A stretch of 43,598 bases of DNA from Spongospora subterranea f. sp. subterranea (Eukaryota). Every line of letters starts with the position of its first letter. The stretch's first letter is position 1. Positions 10,614 through 24,462 of this stretch are shown here, one piece after another. The notes beneath the pieces are model-generated. The model did no database searches. It was not told the DNA's origin and saw only the letters and a list, made by a program, of their open reading frames with translations. The stretch is from the NCBI GenBank assembly GCA_049724395.1, contig JAUGWO010000128.1, forward strand, positions 372,001 to 415,598, given 5' to 3'. The position numbers and the translations under genes are program-made.

Positions 10614-13140
10614 CTACAACGCCCGTCTGAGCTGATCGGCTGGCTGGGTTTTTTGCAGAGCAACGATATGGTCGGGATCACCAGCAGCAACCTGCACGAT
10701 GTATTGGTCGTGAAGATGGGTCATGAGCTGTGGTGTTGGTGTCATTAGGGAAGACCCCCAGGCGTAGATGGCGCCATGCGTGGTCGCCGCCATGGATATT
10801 GTGCTCCCGACCGCTATATGAGATATACTCCAATCGGGGCTGTCCAGGAGACCAATCCGGACTGGGATGTGCTGATCAATGGTATCCATGATCCCAATCT
10901 GCCCAGCAGAAAATGCAGTTAGCGGTGAACAATCTCAGACAATAGCCAGCTCCGAACCTGATGGGTTTCCCCACTTCCGAACGACCATACTCCTCCATCC
11001 TTTCCCATTCTCACTGTTGTATGCCGTTGACCACAGCAGACTTGCACCGCTTCCATTGCTATCAACGACTCGACAACCTTTGGAGTTAATCCCGTCCATT
11101 CTTCACCGACCTGGGTCTGTTCAACGCATCCACGGTCAACGCATCCCCACGTTAGAAGTTTCCCATCGGTTGATATTGCAGCCGCGTGCCGGTCGCCATA
11201 GCTCAACTGTTTAACGGTGATATCCTGGGGTAGAATGGCCAGCATGGGATGCAGTTGAGAACAGCATGTACGATTCCCGATCTGTCCTGAATCTCCCAGC
11301 ACCACATGCCCATATCCGTCCGAGGTCGTCAATAAACCCACTATTATACTGCCCAGCAGCTACATTCACAATTCGGCGACTATCAAAGGCGCTGTCCAGT
11401 TGCCTTGGAGTTTCTACGTCCTCATCGGAACCGGTTCCTAATCTTCCATTCAATGCAGTCCTACAAATATCCAGTTTAAGCAATGTCGCCATGCAAAAAA
11501 AAACGGGTGGAATTTCGCTCTCTGACCCAAATGTGTAAACTTGGCCATGGACACTGGACACAACTGAATGTTGAAATCCAGCAGCGATATGGGCGATACG
11601 ATCATTGATGGCGATGATGATCGGTGACGGTGGGGATGACGAATGCCCTCCAGCCAGGCCACACTGGAAATGGGTGTTCGATCCCCAGGCGAACAACGTT
11701 CCTGCCGATGATATCGCTAAAATGTGATCACGCCCCTGAACAACATCGTATTACGACGATTTTGGGCTCATGATAAAAACCTGGGGAAAAACATACTGCA
11801 CAAATCTCCATAAAACTTTGCCTCGTGAGGCCATTCGATATGGTTAGACCTGGGCCATTGACCAGCGAATTCGACGTAAACGCTATGATCTCGTCTCCTG
11901 CATACTCGGTATTCCCGATATTTATCAGATCTGGACGGTCAAATTCCTCTTTCTCGCTCTCTGCAAAACTACCCGCCTTGACTGATATTTTCTCGTGATC
12001 TAAGTCAATTTGATTTGAACAATGCCCACCATTGCTCGTTTTCCCGGAACAAGTCTCAGGTATTTCACCGATCGATTGGAGTTCCGAAGATTTCAATGAC
12101 GATAGATTAGTTGGCATGGCGTCAAATTTAGTGGGAGAAATTTCGGGCGGTTCCTGATGTTGTTTTCTTAATAGCTTGAAGCAGACCGATAACTCTTCAC
12201 TGAATCGATCAGCAAGTTCATCGCATACTTGTTTGTGGCTGTCGTTCATCGTCTGTAGATCCTTTCTCAGCTGGGCGATCACCAGATTACACCGATCTTC
12301 TTCGGCCTGAACCAGGACCTTGGCGATCTCCTGGCTTTGATTCGACCCGTTTTGCAACTGAACAGCACACACACAGCCCGTCGATGGGTCTGAACGAAAC
12401 CCCCATATTGGCTTCCAACATCATCCACTGACCTTAACGAAGATCAGCTTGACCTCCTGCTGGAAGCCCATGATGAACTTCTGGAACCCTCTCTCGAATG
12501 CGGTTTGGGCGAGCCCATGTTGATCGACCAACACCTGAAGCGATCGCCACTTATCTGACGATGATTCGCGCCATTTCCCGATATCGTCTATTCGGCTGCA
12601 CCGTTCCCGATCGATGGCCGCGTAGCAATCGTCCAACCGACGTGTCAATGTCTCAGTGATCGCCGTCATCCACTTTTGCGTCCGATTGGCGTCGTCGTCG
12701 GCCATGGCTCGATGGTATACGGCAACCTGATCGACCGCCCGATCTAGGCGCGTTAACTGAGCACCGGTTCGCTCATTGTTGGTATCAACGACGTGCAGAC
12801 GCTTATCGTGATCGTCCAGACGGGAATCGAACGCCACGATCTGCTCCTGAACCCGATGAACCGATCGCTCCAGCGAACGTTGCTCTCGATAGATTGACTC
12901 GGAATACTGTGAGTACATCGCCTCGGACGACGTTGAGAGGCGATAGATTTGATGTTGACAATCCGATATCGATGCTTGGTTCAGTTCATCCCGCGATTTC
13001 ATCTCACGCGTTAACTTGTCAAGTTGCCGTTCCAGAAGCTCGACCTGCGCCTCGACCGATTTGCCAACTAGGAATCCTTCAGGAACATGAAAACTCTCGC
13101 GATGGTCGCTTCTGTGAATATCTGGGAGCTTGAACGACAT
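10614..13140 (-). CDS. Coiled-coil plus RCC1-repeat beta-propeller protein, ~5 exons
   Basis: N-terminal heptad-rich region, then RCC1 repeats (CAGRDHILAISSAGTLFAWGSN, AAGFQHS..VYTFG, YGDRHAAAISTDGKLLTWG, CGQRHT..VWSFG). One +1 frameshift at ~11296. Confidence 0.8.
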
Positions 13141-13495
13141 GATTGAAGATAATACGAATTATCGGCTGTGAACCCCCAATATTGTCCCAAGCGTACAAAC
13201 AAGCGATCCTCGATATATACCCCAACCTCGATAAATAAACGATAGTTGTTACAATCAGCAAATTTTGTATTGTACGGCTGGCGGTTTGGACCAGTAGAGT
13301 ATTTGATGTGTGAACTACGAGGTAAAAACGAAAGCGATCATATAGGTCATTGACGTATTTAGCGTCGATGATAAAGAAAAAAAAAGCGTTGAGAAGTTGC
13401 GAATAGACGAAGGTGCCTGATGAGTACGATATTGGTAATCTGGAGAATACACAGCGAATATGTGGCAATGATGTTTTACCTGATAATGAGATAAT

Positions 13496-15211
13496 CTAAT
13501 CGGAAGGTGAAGTGACAGACTGAACAGCGGCGGCGATAGTAGATTTTGAAGCGGAGACCGCCCGCCTGGCGATAGAAGCATATGACATAGGGGATTTCAA
13601 CTGGACCTGATCGCAGTCGACGCTGTTGCCAGACTCAGGCGCAGATGGGATATGATCATCGTGAGTCGCGCCATCATCGGTGCATGATTTAAAATCCTGC
13701 GACGCCGCGCCAGGAGTATGCCTCGGGGTGCAGACAGTAGCAGCTTGGCCACCGGCGGCGTAAGATACTCCAGTTTTAGAGGGGGAACTCGCTGTTGGAA
13801 CTGCTGCAGCGACGCTCTGTGATGTCGAGGACGGGGATGTGCCACCAGGGGCACTAACAAAAAGGTTTAAAAATGGGTCGAGCAAATCCTGCTCCCCAGC
13901 GGAAGCAGGACGTAGGACGGGGCTGTTTGCCTGAGCTGTGATGTTCTCAACATTGGGCGCCTTCTCTACCGATATGAGCGGCATCTGCATATCCGATTCG
14001 CCGTCGTGAACTGAATTCAATCGGTCAACAAATGTGGATACGCGTGGAGTGGAGACCGGCGATGGAGGGCACGATGAGCCAGGTGTCCTGCCAGCCGATG
14101 GCAACGCAGGGAAGTGCTCGGGGCCTAATTCGGGTTGCGGAGGGGGCATAGCGCCGTCTCCATGATTCTGAGAATTTAACGACATCGATTGATCATCGCC
14201 GCGTTTGAAACCGGATCCAACAAAGGCGCCACGTTGTTTCGGTTTGCGAGGCCTCTGAGCGAAACCCGCAGCGGTATTTTGTTGAGGGGCGTTTGGATCG
14301 CGAGGCTTGCGGGGCATCAGTTTTCGACGGGCAGGTTCTCCAACCTGGCCACGATGATCAAACGAAAACCGCCTCTGCTGCATATGAGGGGGGATCATCT
14401 GCATAGCCATTTGCTGCCCTTGAAACATCGCCACACCTTCAGGATCCCAGAAAGGGACGGCGATCTGCTGAGCGCCGCTTCGGCGAATGTTCCAACGCAT
14501 ATCCGCCGGGGATATAGGAACATTGCGACCTGAACCAGGGAATCCGGGCTGATGGGGCAGCATCAGATGCGGCTGTCCATGGAAGAACTGTGGTCCAACT
14601 GGGAGGGCGTTCGATTGAAGCGATTCTTGGTGAAATGAGCGCATTAGATTCTCGGATTTAACTCTCAAACTGATGGGTTTCCCATTAAAACTCTGTTGCT
14701 TAAGATAAATAGCGGTACGTAAACAGGAGTTTTCGTCCTCGAATGTGACAAACCAGGTGTCGCCGATATCAGCGCGAAGAGATGTGACTTTACCACAAGA
14801 CTCGTTATCGAAGAGGGCCTTGATTTCATCGATCGGTGTATCAGCCGGTATATCTCGTAGTATGATCGTAGTACGCTCAGCCGGTTTCCCAGATGCGCGA
14901 ACCATCGTCGACGAGGAGTCAAGCTCCAGCTGTTTTGATCGTCTAATGCATTCCACGATTAAGTCGATATCTGTTGTGATCTTCTTGACCAATTTGAAAT
15001 CAGCAATTACAGATATAGGGACAAATCGCTGTTCATCCATTTGCGATCGTAAATACGTGTCCGAGGTCAGATTCTGGGGCGAGAAATAAAACTCAATCTG
15101 CGTCTGCAAAGAGGTCTGCTGACGAGACGGCGACACATCTGGTGAAGCGTGTACAGACGTCGGGGCGGACCATGAATAGTGACCATTGCGAGGAGATGGG
15201 TTGGTCGCCAT
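13496..15211 (-). CDS. La-related RNA-binding protein (LARP4-like: La motif plus RRM)
   Basis: LQTQIEFYFSPQNLTSDTYLRSQMD..FVPISVIADF (La motif), TIILRDIP..WFVTFEDE (LARP4-type RRM), and a HFPALP motif. Start placed at MATNPS. Confidence 0.9.
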   Translation of the reverse strand: MATNPSPRNGHYSWSAPTSVHASPDVSPSRQQTSLQTQIEFYFSPQNLTSDTYLRSQMDEQRFVPISVIADFKLVKKITTDIDLIVECIRRSKQLELDSSSTMVRASGKPAERTTIILRDIPADTPIDEIKALFDNESCGKVTSLRADIGDTWFVTFEDENSCLRTAIYLKQQSFNGKPISLRVKSENLMRSFHQESLQSNALPVGPQFFHGQPHLMLPHQPGFPGSGRNVPISPADMRWNIRRSGAQQIAVPFWDPEGVAMFQGQQMAMQMIPPHMQQRRFSFDHRGQVGEPARRKLMPRKPRDPNAPQQNTAAGFAQRPRKPKQRGAFVGSGFKRGDDQSMSLNSQNHGDGAMPPPQPELGPEHFPALPSAGRTPGSSCPPSPVSTPRVSTFVDRLNSVHDGESDMQMPLISVEKAPNVENITAQANSPVLRPASAGEQDLLDPFLNLFVSAPGGTSPSSTSQSVAAAVPTASSPSKTGVSYAAGGQAATVCTPRHTPGAASQDFKSCTDDGATHDDHIPSAPESGNSVDCDQVQLKSPMSYASIARRAVSASKSTIAAAVQSVTSPSD

Positions 15212-16740
15212 TACTGGAGTTTTAGGAAGGGCCCGGTCCACACGACACGCCGTGCTAACAAGCCACCAATAGCGACAAGCACGAGTGGCGAGCCCAGGCA
15301 GCCTCCGATTCGACGGACCTTCGGAGTCCGCGACCCATTGTGCGCGCATAAAGTTACATGGAGTACGGTGGAACGCCCTAGTACTCAGCCCTGATTATCG
15401 CCATCTTTCGCGTTCGAAACGGATTCCTGATCGAGATAATGGCAAACAAAACGACCTCGATAGTTCACTGAGATCAACTCGTGCGGTTTTTTTTATGGAT
15501 ATTTTCACATAGCGCAGTAGGGCGAGGGCGACTCACCGATAGGCGAATGGCTGTTGGGAGTTGCGGCGGAATGTCTGTGGAATGGACTGGAGGATATCGA
15601 CTGATGATATGGATGTGTGATCATCGGCAACTCCCACCGGCGCCAGGAGATCGACCTTGCGGCATTGCCCGTTTGGTCTGGGATATACACTAAAACAAGT
15701 TCCTGCTTATTTTCCAGACTATCGCACCGGTCGCCAGGAGAAGTCCAAAACAGATCTGGTTTGTCTGATTGAAAACCGCAATGCCAACGTGGATTGGTAG
15801 ATTGTTTGAGTTTTCGTTGATCAATGTCCTTCAGTCAATGCCAAAACCATTCCCCTTTGGAAGGTTTCACGAGCGTAGGCGCTGTTGCACGACATTGGGT
15901 GTTCAGACCCGACCTGACCTTGTTCAAGCTCGGTATAAGCTGGTCGCGTTGGAAGTCGGAGTCGACTTCGCCGAATTTCTCGCTCTTTTTGCATGATGGT
16001 ACTATTCTTGGGCGTTAGAGCTGCGTGAACTCTAGGACCAAAATTTCGGCATTGTTGGACTGAGCGAAAACGTCAGAGAGCGTAATCTCTAGCCTCAGCG
16101 TCTCTGCTGGAATTTTTGATTGACGGAAACCCCTTGTGTGGCAAGTTAATTGATTATGAACATGCAAATGATATGATAGCAATTGTATGCTTGATAACTC
16201 TTCAGCAAAAGGAAGAGTATTTTTGCTCAACTTTTCTCTCATCGCACTTCAATCGGTGGGCAAAACTTCAAACGCTGCAATCTCGTACATTTTACAGTAG
16301 CAATTGCTGTTTTTAATAAACCCCATGGATTAAGGAAAAGAAATCGCTCTTCATTTAGATTCCATATTGATTACGCCATATCTCTCGTGGGAAACAAAAA
16401 CGGCAACAAGAGAAGTCGTCAAACGGAATGGAATAATTGATGATTATTTAGAAACGACTTGAACGAATGTCCACGAATCTCGCGGACCGTGACGACAATG
16501 ATGTTGCCGCCATTCTGACCAACGGCAACGTACAGTGCGGCGGGGCGAGTTGGCCTAGTAGGGGGTATCGTGTGTCTATGGCTATATGTACAGTGGCGCC
16601 GGGTCAACAGCCCAGGGCCAAAGGCGGGGGCCATCACATCAGCTCCTCACGGCCGTTTTTCGCCAGCAGAACCATCACCCACCAGTGTTGATTGCTTGCC
16701 CCCAGTCCCCGATTGGGCAGCTCTCTCTGGAGGTGGCGAC

Positions 16741-19417
<2,677 letters not shown>

Positions 19418-19796
19418 AGAATCAGCTATTGTATAAGCTGTGTTTATCTGCGCCTTATATCAAAAATCGTACAAGAAAACGCTCATTCAACTGGATCTTG
19501 GGAATTTCCCTCAAACTCGCTTCTTACGTGCTCTCTTGTGACAAAACTTTCGATGACTTCGTGAGGAACTTGGCCCTACAAGTGTCCTGATGACTAGATA
19601 CTAAGACAAAACGGTTTCTTACTTGTTAGCGCCGTTATCCTGCTCATATGCCTTAGCCACACTATCTGCTCATAAGTTAATGTTGATAGTCTGCCGTATG
19701 AAATCAACATTTCCTGAATAACCAATCTTTTGTGCTGCGGAGAGTCCGAAGAGAGCCGTAACGGTCAACGCCGTTTATTCATTTCATAGTTCAATA

Positions 19797-20527
19797 ATGC
19801 TGACCTTAGCTCGCTCGCCTGTGTCACGATGGTTCGCAACTCGGCCCAATAGCTCCATCGATAGGATGATCAGAGTCGACCAGGCGGGAGAATATAGTGC
19901 TGTACAAATATATAAAGGCCAAATGGACGTCCTCGGAAAAGGCGATATCAACCTGCGAACCCTGCTCGACCACATGAAACAGCAAGAGGAGGTATTTGAT
20001 GATCTGTTATGTTGTTTCATAGCTGATAAGTGTTGTTTAGGTGCATTTAGCTGTCATGGATGAAATGGTTTCTGAGAGACGAGTTCGCCCAAGTTTGCTG
20101 CTGCCATTGTGGGGGGCGGCAGGATATGGATTGGGTGTGGGAACAGCCCTATTAGGCAAAGAAGCCGCCATGGCTTGCACAGTAGCGGTTGAAGAGGTAT
20201 TCTGTTATTTTATTTTGATTTCGGTTGCAGTACCGACGCATCGATTTTGAAAGGTTATTGGGGGCCATTACAATGATCAGCTCAGAGAATTAATGACGGA
20301 GGAATGTGGGAAAGAGGACGTACTTAAAAAAATAATACAAACCCATCGCGATGAGGAATTGCATCATCGCGACGTCGGCATCGCCAATGATGCGTTGAAG
20401 GCGCCTGCTTACCAAGCATTAACTGCAATTATCAAAACCGGTTGCCGAGTAAGACAGGTTTTGGGGTTCTTAGATTGAACAACTGAATAATGAATAGGCG
20501 GCTATCTGGATATCTGAAAGAATTTAA
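19797..20527 (+). CDS. COQ7: 5-demethoxyubiquinone hydroxylase COQ7/CLK-1, 4 exons
   Basis: [70 protein letters not shown]. Confidence 0.96.
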
Positions 20528-20814
20528 CTCCAACACTCAAAACTGTCCATCGACGTTCTAAACTCAACTCATGCTCCACTTTGGTCGGCGAACAACCGAA
20601 CCCTTGGAACTCTCTTCGTCTCGAGGATGTCACAAGTATTGTAAAATAAAAGATCATTCGTGTCGTCGTCATGTAATTGGGGTTACGCCAGAGTCTGTCA
20701 GGTGTACACACTAATGACACAGGAGTCTCCAATTTCCAGTCGCCCTGTAATGTTGCGGGGTTCAAAGTTCACTGAAAGAATCAACAGGACTTGCCAACCT
20801 GAACCAACATCATT

Positions 20815-21177
20815 ATGGCCAAAAAGAAAGATGGGTTAGTTATATCGCGGCAAGCGGTCCGGATGCTTCAGGGCCGTAGTTCTGCCGCAAAACCATGTAC
20901 AGCCGAGATGATTAACTTCCTCAACTGTGTTGCTGGAAATTGCTTCGATTCTAGAGTTTGTATGTTTTCCTCGTTCCGATTGCGTTGCGATTCTTGAGAA
21001 CTGATATGTCCATAGGCAAAAATGAAGTCAATTTACTATCGCAATGCACGAGAGACGCGGTGAGTCGTTCAACATATCAAACTATGACAGTTCTAATTCA
21101 TTGTCCAGGAGGCATCTAAGAAGGCTCACAAGGATACAACCATGTACCATTTGTTGCGCTTATCGAAAACTTTGTAG
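20815..21177 (+). CDS. Twin-CX9C (CHCH) protein, likely mitoribosomal mS37/CHCHD1-like, 3 exons
   Basis: Spliced product ..KPCTAEMINFLNC..VCKNEVNLLSQC..TTMYHLLRLSKTL has two CX9C motifs, a basic N-terminus and a YHLxRL tail. Confidence 0.7.
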
Positions 21178-21232
21178 TCATTGCCAAATGGATATAAGAG
21201 ATGCAAATTGGATAAAAAGAGGAAAATATCGT

Positions 21233-22575
21233 TTACATCATTGTGATTTCTTCATCAGTCATGAATATTAGTGAATCGCTGTGTTCCCTGGGATACACCC
21301 TGCGCTCCCATGTACTTGTGTCGAAATATACAAATGTGCCAGCAGGATAACCCAGTTGCGCCATAGCCACATCTGACGGCCTGGCAAACCACAGTTTCAG
21401 TTCGGTGTGATACTTCCATTCTCGTGCATATAACTCCTTGGCGGCGAAAACTTGCAGCATGTCTTTGGGCATATTATAGAAAATGTAGAAGAGACTCTCA
21501 AGCTGAAACTTGGACAAGTGACTTGTCTTCAAAGCAGGTGGTTGTCTGTAATAGCAATAGGGAAGAATGTATTCGGGCTCTCGTCTTGAAGGCGCATCGG
21601 CCCATGGCGATGCAAATACTGGATACAATACGTCAGTTGAGTTGAGGTTCAAACCCAAGGTCGTGAGATCTGTTCCAAGCGCTAAAGTATTTCGATCGGG
21701 ATCCGTCATCCGGATTACGCCCAACAGCCCATGTAAACCAAAACGGCTTTTCGATATATGTCGAACAGGCTGTGAAGCTGTAGATTGTGATGACGGAACT
21801 GAGAACGAAGCGGCAGCGGCTGCCGCAGCGGTATAAACGGACCCTCTGCCATTATCAGTTGAAAACCTGTCAATTGAAGTTCCCATTGATGTCCCTAGAG
21901 CAGGAAACTCCGAGTCGTTATTTTTCACGACAAACCCGGGTTGCGGTTGATTAAATTGCTGCTGGGCTGCCCTGGTGGTCTGGGCTGGGTAATGCTGCAT
22001 TGACGGATTCGATTTCGTTGGGGTTGATCCAAGTGCTGGAAAATCCTGACTCATATCAAAAACAGGGACATTGTCAATCAATGAATGGGACGCCAATGCA
22101 TGCGGAAGCATATGGCCAACCCCTAAACATATTCACTTTAGGGGATAACTTATGTCAGAACCAAAAATAAATCACCTTTACTTAAAATCGCCATATCTCT
22201 TTGCGAACTGCTACTACTATATCCCATTGGCAAAGGATATGAGTCCGAATTATCGCCATATTCATTTAGTTGGTTAATGCCCCCATCTATTACCAAAATG
22301 TACTCAGCACCCCGAACCAAACAAGTAAACATGTTGCTTGGATAAGCAAGTGAGAGTGAATTACCAGTTAGCGGCCTCAATGAAGGATTCAAAGTGGAAT
22401 GCTGCAAGCTCGCTGATCGATGGTTGGCATAAAGACCATATCCATTCATGCCGACATTGCCCAAGGATTGTTGGTCAGGGGGCTGATTGCCTAGATGCGT
22501 TTGTGAAGATTGCTGCTGCTGCTGCTGCTGCTGCTGCCTGACAACATTGGGGAGCATAAAGTCCCTGGTCGACAT
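21233..22575 (-). CDS. CNOT2: CCR4-NOT subunit NOT2
   Basis: RFGLHGLLGVIRMTDPD..LALGTDLTTLGLNLNS..FASPW and the NOT box LESLFYIFYNMPKD..AAKELYAREWKYH. Low-complexity polyQ N-terminal exon(s); start uncertain. Confidence 0.92.
22511..22537 (-). repeat. (CAG)n microsatellite encoding polyQ in CNOT2
   Basis: TGC/GCT run on the + strand; QQQQQQQQQ in ORF 22150-22671. Confidence 0.9.
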
Positions 22576-23095
22576 CACTATGGGTCGTATCACACTTCTG
22601 ACACTCCCCGTTTGATTATCCGCACGGACAAAGGCTTTCAGGGAAACCATTATCGAATTCACGATGGGCAATTATCACCAAAACAGTGACATCAAGATGT
22701 ATTAAGTCAATCAATCACTGTTATCCCGATTAAATGTTTGACCGGGCGAGGATTCAGCGAGATTTTTGAAATTAGTGTTCATGGGGTGTTTGCTATACAT
22801 CTCCAGAGGGTTTATCGCAGTACTACTTACACGTAGAAAGCATTTTCAGGCGGCGTAGTTCAAATAGTCAAAAAAATTCCTATTGGGGCATTCGGTAGAA
22901 TATACAAAAAAATATTCACGACACGCTCTCAGCTCGGCTCAACAAACCTGTTGACCAGCCCGATGAACGGCGGTCGGAGGTGTCGGTTTCATGTGGGTGT
23001 CGGCGGGGCCATAATCCAATCCCAGTCCCCTGTCCCACCCTATATCCATTACCTATGGACGGGGCCGATCGTCACAGGGTCATAGGGCCCAGACG

Positions 23096-24441
23096 ATGTG
23101 GTACGTTCCAATCCCCCCATGGGCCATCCATCACTTGTTCAGCAAAATTCCCATGACGACCGACCTGGCTGACCAATCGAAAAAGGCGCAATCACCTATC
23201 GTAATTCCTGTTGCTGTGTTCTGCCTGTTCAATGCTGCCCAATACGCTATCTACGTCGACCTGCAAATACTTGGACCGGATCGACATTTGTTTCATCATA
23301 GCCAGCTAGGTCCGGATTTCTATCAGTTTGTAAGCTGGGAAGATTTTCTGTTTGATACATTGATTTTTACAACGATATTCAACCAGGTCGCATTTCACAT
23401 TGTGTATTTCCTTATGCTAACGTCGTATGCAAGGATTATCCTAACTCGACCGGGATCTATTCCTGATTCTCATGTCAGTACGGCTCTGGTTGACACCAAC
23501 GCTGTACACGCTGATCTGGAGTAATCAGGTCTGGATTTACAACGAACGTGACAATGCCCAGGCCAAGTTTTCGCTTTCAGCTAACGAACTTGAGCTAATG
23601 CAGAAGATAATGGAGCCAGACTTTTTCCCCTACACCGAACCATTACGACAGCGAATTAGGCGACTTCCCTTTGTTGAGCTGAAGAATTCAGCAACCTCCT
23701 CAAACTCAATCCGAGTTTGCCGAAAATGTGATCCTGCTCGATACAAACCCGATCGGGCACACCATTGCACAAAATCCAACTCGTTAGACGTTTTACCGCT
23801 CGTCTTTTTGGCATTGTTTAAAATGTGACATGCCCAGATGCGTCCTGGCAATGGATCATTACTGCACGTTTGCAGGATCAACCATCGGGTTTGTTAATCG
23901 AAAGTTTTTCATTCTGTTCATCATGTATTCTTTTGCATCGGGGTGTCTTTTTGTGTCGTCCCTGTCGTGGCGATTATCGTCAGCTGTTGAACACTTGTTC
24001 GACGGTCAGTTCAGCATCGGTCGCGATTTTCCTATCATCTTGTCGTGTGCAAGTGTCATTTGCATATGCGCCTGCCTGGCATTATTCTTCAGTTTTCACA
24101 TATATGTAGGAGGTGATTATCATTGGCGGATATGACAGTATTTTCAACCTTCGCTTGTTCAGATAATGGTCAACGCCATGACAACCATTGAATTTCGCGA
24201 GAAGCGAGGATCGTCTGATCCGGACGTTAGGCGGAAATCTCTTATATCTAGAATCAAGTTTAACCGAGGCTATCTCGGCAACTTCACCGAAGTGTTTGGC
24301 ACGGCATGGTATTTTTGGTTGCTGCCAATTCAGAGCGATTTTGGAGGTTCCGACGGTCTGTACTGCGATATAATGTATAGGCAAGGAACTCGTACCGACA
24401 GTTCGAAAATCGACTACCCCACAGCAAACCTGTCGTTATGA
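23096..24441 (+). CDS. DHHC-family palmitoyltransferase (DHYC variant), ~5 exons
   Basis: CRKC..KPDRAHHCTKSNSCVLAMDHYCTFAGSTIGFVNRKFFILF, four TM segments, NAMTTIE and N..EVFG..WLLP C-terminal motifs. Confidence 0.9.
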
Positions 24442-24462
24442 CTATCAATCTTAAAATATATA

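Noticed and set aside
13855..13900. Cryptic intron in the LARP gene (pyrimidine tract ending TTAG)
   Set aside because: The frame is open through it and no donor of the right phase is present.
15212..15349. N-terminal extension of the LARP ORF
   Set aside because: It shows no homology and looks like 5' UTR; the downstream ATG was preferred.
15500..16700. Small gene or ncRNA between LARP and malic enzyme
   Set aside because: There are several short ORFs and possible splice signals, but I could not build a consistent model or recognise an RNA fold.
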